From positions 36,642,001 through 36,706,000 of the forward strand of contig CM114271.1 in the NCBI GenBank assembly GCA_050084515.1: 64,000 nucleotides of DNA, read 5' to 3'. Both the position numbers and the translations under genes were made by a program. The notes below the pieces were generated by a model. The model did not search any database and was not told the origin of the DNA. It saw only the letters and a program-made list of their open reading frames with translations. Positions 51,191-63,615 of this stretch are shown piece by piece. Every line of letters begins with the position of its first letter. The first letter of the stretch is position 1. Source of the stretch: Blasia pusilla (taxonomy: Eukaryota).

Positions 51191-52030
51191 TTCTCTAGAA
51201 GCCTAAAGTTGCAAGCACAGAATGATAATAAAATCTAACGCAACTACAGTCATATAACCACAAAAAATTATATGTACTGACCCTTAATCCTAAACGCCTC
51301 CCTCAAGATCCTCCTACTGAGGATTAAATAGACGACGAGCAAACTGGCTCATGGTTGCGCAGAAACAAACACATCCCTCCATGTCCGTCCTAGGATAGAC
51401 ATGGAGGCACAAGTTTGGATATATCCACGGATATGGATTGAAAAAGGTGGGGCCTACACTTAAATTCCATGGTGGAAGGTAAGGCAAGGACGGGCGAGGC
51501 AATAAGGGGGGAGGGAGTGAAGTTGGAAGGACGAAGAAATGAGAAAATATGGATCACCAAGGTAAGTGGCGGGATGAGAAAGAAGGGGGAGATGGGGCCC
51601 ACATGGACAAGTCCTTCTATAAGATGGATGTAAGTCCACCGACATGGACATGCCCGCAAACATGGAATTTATCCAGATGCAATCTTGGGCTTGCCATTTT
51701 AGGGGTTTACTCTAATAACCAATAGAATATAATATACGTTGATAATAATGTTCATGTTGTCTCCTATTATATCTATCAAAATAAGATAAACAGTAAAAGA
51801 ATTCCCAACATCATGCCTAGGAATGTAGAACATGCATCAAGTCCAAATTTTTTTGAATGTCTCCACCAAAATAGGCTTCGTCAACATATCTGCAACATTC
51901 TCCTCAATGTCTATCTTCTAAAGATTGATGACACCCTCAATCAATACCTCTCGGATGAAATGATATCAAACATCAATGTACTTTGCCCTTGCATGATAGA
52001 CTTGGTACCATGCAAGGACAAAGCATATTT
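51048..52030 (-). mobile_element. Ty1/copia 3' end (RNase H C-terminus, PPT, LTR)
   Basis: AKYIDV*YHFIREV...ENVADMLTKP at about 51865-51990; PPT-like TTGAGGGAGGCG at about 51295-51306, followed by LTR-like 51292-51048. Confidence 0.7.
51350..51687 (+). mobile_element. hAT-type MITE, copy 1
   Basis: TIRs CATGGTTGCGC / ATGCAATCTTG; body similar to the other three copies; no TSD visible. Confidence 0.75.
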
Positions 52031-52149
52031 ATGGATACAGTGTCTAGTGGAATGAATTGATCAAGGTACTTCCTCTTGGTAGAAAATTTTCCGTACAAAT
52101 ATATAGCAATTTTTTTTTATCTATAATTATTATTAATCTATATACCGTT

Positions 52150-55100
52150 GGATAACCGATATATATAGGATCAATTTCTCTTGCAAGCACTTTCTCTTTG
52201 ATAAAAAAGGAAGTGCACCTCTATATGCTTTGTCTAAGCATGAAACATAAGATTATTAGCAAGCTTAATACTACTGGTATTATTTTCACATATTACACTA
52301 GCTCTTGAGTTACTAACACCAATCTCAACAAGTAATCGATGGAGCCTCACCGCCTTACATGTTGTATTGGTTGCTCATATGTACTTAGCTTATGTTGAAG
52401 ATAAATCAATCAAAGGTTAGTTCTATTCCCAATGAGAAGGAATAAGTAGATGTAGAGTGTCTATCAGACACAATTCCTGCCCAATCAACATTTGTGAATC
52501 CCTACAAGTGTAAACTTGAAGAAGTTTCAAATTGAGTATCAAACTAAATAAAGAACTTCATATATTGCATAATCCTCCTTACAACATCAAGGTGAGATTT
52601 TTTAGTTTCTTGCATGAATTGGCTCACTAAACCAACTACATAGCTATAGTCTGACCTAGTTATTGTCAAATAGATAAAGCTTCCAACCATGCGCATGTAC
52701 ATATTATAATATGCAAGCACTCTCCTTCATCCACTCTCAAATTTACACTCACGTCTAAAGGTGTAGAGATTGGCTTATATTTTTCATACCATATTTTGAA
52801 AGAATGTGAAGAGCATATTGTCGTTGTAATAACCATATGCTTCCTCCAACCTTGATAAACTCAACACCTAGGAATTCCTTGAGTTCTCCTAAGTCCTTCA
52901 GATAAAAGTTTGCTTACAACTTTAGCTTGACTACTTGTACCACATCCTTAGTACTCTCACTAATCAAGAGGTTGTTAACATGCAATACAATGATAATCAT
53001 AAGGCCTTGTCCTCTCAATATATATAGCAAGGAATCAAAATCACAAATCCTAAAGCCAAGCTCTTGTTATGACGCATGTAATCTTCCCTTACCAAGCTTT
53101 TGGAGCTTACTTAAGCCCTTATAGATCTTTTTTTAATTTGCGTGAGTAAAATGGAAACTTTTGGATGCTGATATCCATGTGGTTGAGACATGTATACCCT
53201 TCATGAAAATCTCCATTCAAGAAAGCATTGTTGACGTCCATGTGATGTAGTCTCCTCTTCTTACTCATTACAATTATAACCATTGTTCTCGTACTTTCCA
53301 TCTTTACAACACAACTAAATGTCTCTTCGTAGTTGATGCCATATTGTTATGCATAGCCCTTAGCTACCAACGTGACTTTGTATATCTTCATTGTACCATC
53401 TTGATTGTACTTGATCTTGTAAACCCATCTGTAACCAATAACTTCCTGATAGTAAGGTATATCAACCAACTTCCAAGTCTTTTGATGTCTCAATGCAACA
53501 AGCTCTTCCTCCATAGCTTTAATCTATTTGACCTTACATACAACTTCTTCAAAATGATTCAGTTCATGTTCTTGAAGGAAAATCATCATACATGCATAAT
53601 ATGTTGAAAAAAATACTTCATTTATGACTTTATAAATAGCATGTGTGACACTACTTGATCTACAAAGTTAATTTTCAAAGGTAATGACTAAGATATGACT
53701 TGAATTCTCACTAGTGTCAATGGATCGAATACATACTCTTTCCCACCATAGATTGACATATCTAACTGAAGATTCTACAACCTCTCCTAACTTCAAACGA
53801 GAACTTGGGGAATTTGTAGGCAATGTTTATTGGTTTATAGTCATCTTTTAAAGGTTACATATGGATAAAGTTCGTGGACTTATGTCCGTTCTATAGAAGG
53901 ACTTGTTTATATGGGCCTCATCTCTTCCTTCTTTCTCATCCCCCCCCCCTCCCTTCCCTCCACTTGCCTTCCACCATGAACTATAAGTGTGAGCCTCACG
54001 TTTTACAATCCATGTCCGTGGACATTTCCAAACTTGTTCATCCATGTCTATTTTTGTGTAACCATACGTATTCTTCCCCTTAACAGATATGTTTAGAGGT
54101 GGAAAAGATTGACATGGAGCATACCATACCTTCAACTCATGATAATATTAAGACTAATAATAAGTTGTCTAGAGGATAGAATGTAACACTTATATCCTTT
54201 AGTTTCATTAGCAAAGCCAATAAAGATACATCTCTTAGATTTGGGATCTAATTTCTAACATCTTTCAGAAAGAACATGAGCATAACAAATACAATCAAAT
54301 ACTTTCAGGAATGAAAATTTATGTTTATTTCATATAAAAACTTTTAATAAAGTCTTATCATGAAATTATGTTGTTAGATTTTGATTGATTACGAAGACTG
54401 CGCATGCTAAAATCCCTATCTATACACCTTACACATATTTTTCATTCAACACAACAGGTTCCATCTCAATAATATGTCGATTCTTTCGCTCAACCACTTC
54501 ATTTTTAATGGTGTATAACGGTAAGTGATTAGTCATAGGATGCTATTTTTATGTAAGTAGTCATCAAACTCTATTTAGAGGTATTCTCCTCTTTCACTAC
54601 AACGTAATTTAAGAATTAATTTCCGAGTCTACTTCTCTACGATAATTTTGAATAATTGGAACATTCACAATACTTTTAACTTGACTTTTAGAAAGTAAAC
54701 TCATATAAATCTAGAGAAGTGATTAATAAATGAAACAAAGTACTGGTAACCTCTAAGGCTATGTTGTGATGTTATCCACATGTCATTATGAGTTAACTCC
54801 AATATCTTGGATGCTTTTCTATCTTGCTTTGGAAATGGAAAATTAGCTTGTTTTCCAAATCAGCAAGCAGGGTATACCTTCAATATCGCAAGACTCGATA
54901 ATTCAGATAGTCCTATTTCTATTAGATGATGAAATACTCTTTGGTCTTTGAGGATTAATATATCCAATTATCTCATGCCACACATTGAAATTTGTGATTT
55001 GTTGGCCAATTTGACCATACATTGATATTTGAATATTTGCCACAAAAGCATCTAATTTGAATATTTGTTCCTTTGGCTATCATAGTTTGGTCATCCATGA

Positions 55101-55570
55101 AGCAACAATCTATATTAAATTTCATTTGATAAACTTGTAATATTATATATCTATCAATTTTCTTTTAATTATAAGAATATGGAGAATATTTCTAAGAGTA
55201 GAAAGACCATTTGATATTATTGGAATTTTACCAGTATGCATGATATGATATTGCGTATCATCTCTTGTGAGCAATATCGCAAGATATTTCACAAGCTCCA
55301 TACTAGTAAACCATTTACCTTTTGAGGCCATGTGATTGGAAGCACTAGATCGATGTTTCAATCTCGTATTGAGTCTTTCTTGATTATTACTCCCATATTA
55401 TGAGGTATGGCCGAGGGATGCTCAATTTTTAAAAAAATTGCTCTTGATACTACTCTTGGTGTTGTTGCTCCACATAGTTTTGTTATTGTAAGAGTTATGT
55501 TCTTATATCTACCTTCTTCTTGAAGAAAAACTTTCCATAATTATCCTTCATCCCACAATAATTGCAAGAT
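52150..55570 (-). mobile_element. Degenerate Ty1/copia internal region (Zn knuckle, protease, integrase, RT, RNase H)
   Basis: In copia order on minus: CNYCG (~55555), SSASNHM (~55340), WHEIIG (~54975), integrase remnants, HMDVNNAFLNGD (~53230), VGSFIYLTITRSD (~52670), VDWAG (~52480), TKHIEVH (~52225). Many stops. Confidence 0.88.
53850..54066 (-). mobile_element. hAT-type MITE, copy 2 (shorter, inside the copia)
   Basis: Ends AAAGGTTACAT / GTGTAACCATA; 8-bp flanks CATCTTTT / CGTATTCT (5 of 8). Confidence 0.7.
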
Positions 55571-57310
55571 CCAGGGATCCTCATAACCAAATGAGTGCCG
55601 AGCAAAACATCAAAACTCTAGCGGGCGCACACGAGGATGGTTTTGGCGTTGGAGAGGTCTCTTGGAAGAGATGTAAGAGACACAAGAGATGAGACGCAAA
55701 CAAGGTTGAGCGATTCATGCGTTTATGGTAACATCTAGGAAACCTGAACCAAATGTGAACCTAGACTTATAAGGAGTCGAGTCTAGGAAGAGTGATTGCC
55801 AAAGAGGTGAGAACCATATTTGGAACGTGAATAGCATTTGGATTTTTTACTGTATTTTGGACCGTAAATTTGAGTCTAGAGATGTGTTGGGGATAAGTAA
55901 GGTGCCGTTGGAAATCTTATGTAAATTCGTTCCCAACGCACAAACAGAGGCTGAGAAATTGCCCAAAAAAATTTGCAGAGGGAGTTGGGTTGAGGGCAAA
56001 AAAGAGGGCCACAAACGTCTCTTTCCCAAAGATGGTGGGAGGGTGGAGAACCCTAGAAGTACTAGTAAGGGGGAAGGTCTCCAAGAGTGCTTGGGACTCG
56101 AATCCCACTTTAGGGTGCCGCGTGGCAAACCAAGGTTACCAAATGGATTGGGATTTTTGCATTGGGATTCAAACCAAACAAAGTCTAATAGAGTGGATTT
56201 CGGAGGCCGCTATTGGATTCCAACCTATGACTCATTTAGCTGGGACCGCTAGGCATGTGAACATCATTTTTGGTTCTTGGACTATCCAGAAAGTCTGTCC
56301 CAAGTCTCAGAAGACTTGCCTATGTTGGGAAGCTAAGAACAAGGAAGGTTGAGCTTGACATATGGCCGAGTTGAGAACTCAGAGAGTTGGAAGGTTTATG
56401 GGCCCAAACAAGACCTCCGTGAGTGTGTTTTGGTGCACATCAATATCGAGAGCATGTCCTACTAAACGTATGCTTTTGCAACACTATAGTTTGATATTCG
56501 AGAGGAGTAGGGATATGACACGTGGTATCTCTAATCCTTGATGAGCATGAACTTTGGGTCGTAGGAATAATTGGACGCTTGCGAGAGAATCCAAGGTAGA
56601 GTGAGACCTAGATGCTCGGGGAGGGACGCAAGAAACAAGGAGGAGATCTAAGTAACGAGGACTCAAGAATGGCGAGTGAGGGCGAAGAACCAAGGAAGTG
56701 TTGAGTCAAGTGACAAAAGTCGAAAAACAAACCAATGTTTGACCAAGAGCTAGAGGAGGAGACGAGAACTCCTGAAGTGCGAAGCTCCAGAAATGAGGAT
56801 GTCCCTGATGCAAATCTTTTCATGGGGCCATTGGCTCCAAACTCAAGTGATGCGGCGTTCTATGTTCAAATGATAGACTTTATGAAGCTAATATCGGAGC
56901 AAATGACCAAACAGAGCAAACGGATTGCCGAGTTGGAGTCACACAAGGCTTCTAGTTTTGGCAAGAAGTTGTGAGAGACGAATCTGCAAACGCCATTCAC
57001 GTGAATGGGTTGGTCTCAAAAAGTGAAGGAGTTCCTCATAGAGTTTGAACTATACTTCGAGGCACAAAGGAGTAGGAAAAGATCACTGTGGCGGTCACAT
57101 TCCTTAAGGATCATGCTCTCATGTGGTGGATGGCTCATCGGGAAGAATATTTAGCCCGTAGATCATCTTTGAGTTGGGAGGAGTTAAAGGTGTTAATTGG
57201 CGACCGATTCACACTAGAGTACCAAGAGCTGTAAGATGGTATAGAGTTTGTGCGTTTGTGGTAGAGCGGATCTCTAAGCTCTTATGTAAGGGAGTTCAAT
57301 GCAAACTGAA
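55570..57310 (+). mobile_element. Ty3/gypsy 5' fragment (LTR, PBS, decayed gag)
   Basis: LTR end ...TGACA at 56520, then TGGTATC (Met-PBS-like). Gag remnant KEFLIEFELYFEAQ...VAVTFLKDHALMWW...SWEELK...F...YVREFN. Confidence 0.75.
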
Positions 57311-57319
57311 CTCACTTAA

Positions 57320-57950
57320 GTTCCGATTGTGAGGTAGTATGCAAAGAGGCCATCGATTTTATTGGGGAACTATATTTCTGAATGCTCTCGTTTAGGGACT
57401 AGTTCTCATTTCCAAAATCAGAACTTGAGTTTTGAATGTCAGTTGGAACTAGAGTTCTGAATGCTCATCGTTTAGGTGCTTGGGTCGAGTTCTATTTTTT
57501 TTCTACTAAAAACCCTAGTTTAGGGTTTAGTTTGCATGTTGGAACTTGAACCATAGTTTTGGGATGAGTTCTCATTGTTTTATATGGATCTATATTTCCG
57601 ATAGTCGGGTAGTCCCGAAGGCCGCCATGTTCCAATTGCCATTCGGAACTAGAGTTCTGATTGATCATCGTTTTGATTTTGTGAACTGGATCTGATTGTG
57701 AGGTAGTTCGAAAAGAGGCCAAAATTTTCATTCGGGAACTACGGTTCCAAATGCCCTGGTGTAGAGATCAATTCTCATTACTCGAACTAGAACTTGAGTT
57801 CCGATTTATCGTTGTTCTCATTTCGAGAACTCGATCAATAGTTTGGATAGTACAGTAGTCCAGATGGAGGCCATAGTTTGGGGATGAGTTCTCATTACTT
57901 TAAATGGATTTGTAGTTCCGGTAGTCGGCTAGTCTTGACGACGGCCATAT
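57320..57950. repeat. Imperfect 320-370 bp tandem duplication
   Basis: GATTGTGAGGTAGT...AAAGAGGCC at ~57325 and ~57694; CCATAGTTT.GGGATGAGTTCTCATT at 57551 and 57871. Confidence 0.8.
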
Positions 57951-58629
57951 TTTGGTTGCAAGGCTAATATATATACTATGTGGTAAAGTGAAAAAATGTA
58001 AGGAGAACAAGGTCTACAAAAACAAAAAATTGAGCATATTTGCTAATGAAGGGAGAATAAAATTGGGTTATACCTCCCCCAAGAGAGAATTCTCTAAAAA
58101 TTAGCCAATGCAAAGAGGTTAGTGATCACTTATGAGACGATCTCCTTCATGTGTATTGGTGGAAAACTCCAAAATTTTAACCTCCTCCTTGGACACACCA
58201 TAATCAAGTAGAGACTCAAGAGGAGAAGGAGCCCCATACAAAGCTTGCACAAAGGGAATGAGGCCAATGATGTGAACACTGATATCCATTATCTTCATGA
58301 ATATTGTCACTCAAGACAATGAATTGAAGAAATTTTAGGCATTCATCTATAAGACAATCCACTTTGACTAGATGCACATCGAGGGTAGTTGTCTAACTCA
58401 ATGCAACATTCTTACACTCAATGGGGAGGGGGCACTCCAAATCAAATTGGTACATACATAGATATTATAGAAAGGCCTTATGGTTTACTTGATGCATTCT
58501 CAATTGTTGTCTAGTTTCCAATAGTACAAAATTTTTTATTGTCATCATCATGGCTACATGAATAAATCTCACATTATAGTCCAAACCATACTATTGTGCA
58601 TATCCCTTGACTACTAAATTATTAATATG

Positions 58630-58953
58630 CATGGTTGCACAAAAATGGACAAGTCCTTGTTAGGACAGACATGGACGGACATGGGTTCTAAGAGGTGGAA
58701 CCCACACTTATAGTCCATGATGAAAGGCAAGGCAAGGCAAGGATGAGTGGAGCAATGAGGGAGGAAGGAGTGGAGGTAGAGGTGGAGGTGGAGGGAGGAA
58801 GAAATGGGGGAGTATGGAACACGAAGGCAAGTAAGGGGAAGCAGAAAGAAGGAAAAGGTGGGGCATATATGGGCAAGTCCTTCCATTGAACACACATACG
58901 TCCACGGACATGGACATGTCTACGGACAGGAACTTTGTCTACATGCAACCTTG
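58630..58953 (+). mobile_element. hAT-type MITE, copy 3
   Basis: TIRs CATGGTTGCAC / ATGCAACCTTG; 8-bp TSD TTAATATG / CTAATATG (7 of 8). Confidence 0.85.
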
Positions 58954-59157
58954 CTAATATGGGCTAATATCTACAAAAGCTACTATTAGACTTTTCCTTC
59001 ATCTTAAACATCCATTTACATCCAATTTCCTTTTTACAGTATGGAAAATCATCCAACTCCCAATTTTGGTGCATTTCCAAGGTTGTGAGCTCTTCATATA
59101 TAGCTTCAACCCACTCGAGCTTCTAAATTTCCTCTTCAAGAGTGCTCAACACTCCAT

Positions 59158-59632
59158 CCTCAATGGGAGGGAATCCATATCTAATGCATGATGGAAACAA
59201 CTTGCCAATTTTGGTAGCCTAGCTCCAAGAGGAGCCCTTGCAAGCTTCCCCTTTAGATGTTCTCTTCTCAAGATCCCAAAGGCACCAAGAAGGTGACTTG
59301 TGTACACATCACCTCAATGTGTGGGAATCCATATCAAATGCATGTCAGAAACAACTTGCCAATTTTGGTAGCCTAGTTCAAAGAGGAGCCCCTCAAAGCT
59401 TCCCCTTCAGATGTTCTCTTCTCAAGATTCCCAAGGCACCAAGAAGGTGACTTGTGTACGCATCACCTCAATGTGAGGGAATCCATATCAAATGCATGCC
59501 GGAAACAAATTGCCAATTTTGGTAGCATAGCTCAAATCTAGAAACATGAGCATCTCCAAGCTTCCCCTTGGGATGTTCTCTTCTCAGGATGCCCAAGGCA
59601 CCAAGAAGGTGATTTGTGTACACATCACCTCA
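59158..59632. repeat. 154-bp tandem repeat, about 3 copies
   Basis: GGGAATCCATATC at 59169, 59323 and 59477; AAGGCACCAAGAAGGTGA three times. Confidence 0.95.
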
Positions 59633-59942
59633 TGCACAAGGAGTCCTTAACAAATGAAGAAGTGAAACCTCCAAGAAGGTTCCTAGAGAGCCCCATAATG
59701 ATAACATGTGCACACATGTCAACAAGGGAGGCCAACATGTGATTGTTGGCCTCTCCACATCTAATTACACACATAATCTCACTACCAAGCCCTACTATAT
59801 ACTCTTGCTCCTATAGAGTTGAGATTAGACTCGTAAGTACAAAAGCTAGTCTACTTAGGCATCAATCTAAAACGTGAAGAGATTGCAAAATATATATGGT
59901 GTTGCATTAAGAATTCAAGGAAGGAATCTGCTTAAGAAGCTG

Positions 59943-59970
59943 CTAGTAGTTACCCGTGCGATGCATATGA
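59943..59970 (-). mobile_element. Helitron 3' terminus (degenerate)
   Basis: Minus strand CATATGCATCGCACGGG-TAACTA-CTAG; the following base is C rather than T. Confidence 0.45.
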
Positions 59971-61110
59971 ATTAGTGATGATTAATTTGAATTGCCCATC
60001 ATTATTGACTCCTAACCGGCCCCCAAACTCGGCTTAATCTATAACTTGATTAACCCAAAAATCATTCTAAATCATCCAAAGACACGCGTCAAGAGCAAGA
60101 GCGATTGACAAAGAGGATTGAAAAAAATGCAAGGTGTCCACAGTAGGGGAATCTGTAAAATCAATGAAAGGAATTCCATTATAGGCTCACGTTCATAGAA
60201 TACCCGGAGCAAATCCCGGAAGAATTAAGCCACCGTGTCCATTCTCGGATTGTGTCCACGTATTGGACTCAATTAATCGAGATCTCCACGTTTGTTTTCC
60301 GAAATAAACCTCCCCTTACCATCTTTCCTTCGATGAGGTTCTGGCAGCCGGTTACAATTCTTCCTCTGTCGTAACGGCTGCGATCTGCAAAAGCCGGCCC
60401 GCAATGACGGCGTGCCCGCAAAGCGCACCGAAAAGGTGAAGCGTTTTCACTCAGCAATTTGTGCATGGTTTCAAAAGTCCGTGCCGACTCCCAGAGCAAA
60501 CGCACGCACACTCGTGCAACCACCGTATGCCCTGCTGGACGATCCGCCCTGATTTCCGCAGAAGCACGGTAGCACCAGCCAGCCGCGGTGCGTAAACATG
60601 GATCGGAGGATCCAAGCGATCGCCGCACATGATACGCTGGAACGAGTTGTACGGCTCTCTCCTCCCGTTGATTTGCCAGGAACTATACGCGGTTCGTATA
60701 CTATAGTTCCCACGTCCACGTAGGCCTCTCGGGATCTTGGGAAGTTGAGTAGAGTGGGAGTGGGGACTCGGGCGTCAGAGACTCAGAGTATGATGGAGCA
60801 TGGGTGTTCCGTGCTCAAAACACGGAACCCGAGAACCCCATGAGAATGAAAGTGTACGTCTTGAACACACGATATGGCTCGGAATCCACAATCTGACACC
60901 CCCGCGCGAAAAAAGGTCCGCATTAGTTAGATAGAATGCATAATCCTAAGTTAGCCCGTACAAGCCTTCCACCGACGAAAGCTGTTTTCTATTAAAAGTA
61001 CCGGGGATGTTCAACATATCATATTTATTTTAAGTTACTACTTGGGCTGGATTTAAGTCACCTGCCCAATTTTTCTTACCACCGACCATCTTGGATATAT
61101 TCAGCATACA

Positions 61111-61560
61111 TCTATCTATACACGAACCTCCTTCGTGGGAAATGGTAAGTGGGTACTTACGTCAAAAGGACAAACCTTTTCATTTTGGAAAAGCCATTTA
61201 ACTAAACTATGGATAGGATATGATTTTTTTATGCAATGGGTTAAAATGAAAATTTTTGAATTTGATATTTAGATATCATGTTATTAGTCTGCATTATTAT
61301 GAGATTAATTTTATTTTCAAACACTAATCCGAGTGTCACAACATTTAGACCAAAAAATATTTTTCATCTTAAAGGCAAGAAGAATTCTTTTTAAAAAGTA
61401 CGGGAGGCGTGATGAATCATCCGGAGGGTTGTATACTAGTCTATATTATTATAGCTAATATCTTCTTCATTTTCAAACATCCTAGCTTTTTGATATATGT
61501 CACCTTTCCCTCCAGGTTTGTACCATGTGTCATCTTCAGATAAATTCTTTTAATACAATT
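61111..61560 (+). mobile_element. Putative head-to-tail pair of short Helitrons
   Basis: A|TCTATCTATAC at 61111; CTAG at 61436-61439 immediately followed by TCTATATTATTATAG. Confidence 0.45.
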
Positions 61561-62538
61561 TAGTTTTTGATAACATTTGTCCGACCTCTTTAGGATAGTG
61601 GAATTTCAAATTTCCCATGTTTTTCATTTAGTTTTTCTTTTCTTTCTGCTTCATAGCTTTTGCTTCGTAAGGGTCGTCAATGAGGGTTATCGAGTCACTG
61701 TGAGTTTCAAAGAAGGAGTTAGCAGCAGTTCGGGGGATGCAATCATTATCGTGAGTTCTTTCCAAGGCTTGTTGAAGCATTGAAAGATCAAAGGACCATT
61801 TTGTAGAGGATGTTGGGTTCTTGGAATATTGGCTGAGGAGAAGTATGTCCAGTAATAAGGCAACGATTGAGACCCAATCTGCAAAGAAGCTTCAAAGTGC
61901 ACATATCGTAAGTGTTTTATACATTCAATTAGATCCACATATCTTGAAGTCAACAACACCAAATCCAACAAACATCCATATTTTCCTTTAAGGGCTCAAG
62001 CCAATCGAAAGAAAAAATCTTTAAAACATCCTTGCCTAGTACTCAAGGTTGAGATTCTATTATGAAGTCAGAATCCCATACTTGTAAGAATTACGTTGCT
62101 GATTTTTGTATGTGCAGAAAACTTGAAGAAGTAAAAAAAGGTGTACCTTCAATGTACAAAGGTTGTTCACTTGATTCAAATTTGATTACAAGGCCTTTAG
62201 AATGATTTTTAAGTAAGTAGCTTTCACACTATGAGTATATGCTAAAAAAGAGTACTTCCAAAGTGAAAATTGGACCATGAAAAAAGAAGCCCCCAACATG
62301 ATTCTTAATGATCTCGTCTAACCACTCAAAAATCTCAAACTAGATCTCAGATCAAATCTCAACAATAATTTATGAAAATAATATAAGTAGGATCCCACCC
62401 TCTCTACCTCTTCTCTTGAGAGACCCATGCGATAACATTTATCTCATTGATGAAATTTCAAGCATATTGACATGAAAAACTCTTTCAAGGCTATGGATTC
62501 ATAAGGACACCAAACCACAATAACAAAAGATGAGGGTG

Positions 62539-62541
<3 letters not shown>

Positions 62542-62614
<73 letters not shown>
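62542..62614. repeat. (CT)n microsatellite
   Basis: Direct reading, about 36 units. Confidence 0.97.
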
Positions 62615-62621
<7 letters not shown>

Positions 62622-63615
62622 ACTAGTCCCATGGCCCTGTGGGATCCCCATGGACAATAAATCTATTCATTCATTCATTCTCTCTCTCTCTCTCTCAAAT
62701 GATGTCATTATCACATATGTGGAAGGGGTCTCATAGGCCAGTTAGGCTTCTCGTGGACTAAAAATCAACTCACTCACTCTCTCACAACCAAAGTTACCAA
62801 ACCCACTCATGATGAGAGGATGAGGTTATTCACAAGACAAGGAGCACCATAACAAGGTTCAATCAAAGAGAGAATGAGCTCCCAAAATCTCTCTCCCCAT
62901 TCCCTCTCCTTGGTGACTTTCACTCATATATCACCACATTGATCCTTTATCTAAAATAGTAGGTCAAAGGTCAATTTTGCATGATATGGGATGACGAGAC
63001 CTGAGCTTTGGAGAAGCTCTTTGGTGATGAGCAAGAGCAAGCAATGGGTTTTTCCATGCATGGCTACAAGCTTACAAGAGTATTGCCACAAGTGTTAGAG
63101 GCATCATTGAGACATGTGTTGGGGTAGGGGATGGACCCAGACTATTTCATATGGATGGTCAGCCTAGGTTTGGGTAAGAAGCAATAAATACAAGTGTCAT
63201 CCACTAGTCAGCACATTGTCTACAAAATCGAAGGGGCATTGATTGGGGGCGAGATAGGGAGAGATAGGCATTCATAGACTTCTTGGAATGTTGATTGAGT
63301 TACGGGTGTGATGGCGTCTCCTAGCATCATATATCAATGATGTTCTCTATATCTATACAAACCCATTTATTATAATAGATCCAGAATGGATAACCTGAAA
63401 TAAATGTCGATGTAGCTCCTGATCAACTACAACCTTGATGAAACTCCTTCATGAAAAAAACTTCTCTAGTCAACAATCTATACTCTCAAGTGTTGACCGT
63501 CCTCAAACCTCCTTGATGTGTAGTGTAGTTACAGTGGTACAATGTGGCAATGACAACACATAACGGCTACAAACGGCACAACAATCAATGATAAGATGCA
63601 ACAAGAAATGAAATG

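Larger units (their letters stand above)
58070..59790 (-). mobile_element. Internally deleted copia-derived element
   Basis: EWVEAIYEEL...WELDDFPYCKKEIGCKWMFKMK (RT start) at ~59000-59115; PPT-like TTGGGGGAGG at ~58073-58082; degenerate PBS near 59780. Confidence 0.5.

Noticed and set aside
53850..54085. The ~300-bp dispersed repeat read as a solo LTR
   Set aside because: Similarity between copies stops at inverted termini with 8-bp duplications, which fits a hAT MITE better.
62444..62632. ORF with RE dipeptide repeat
   Set aside because: Translation of the (CT)n microsatellite.
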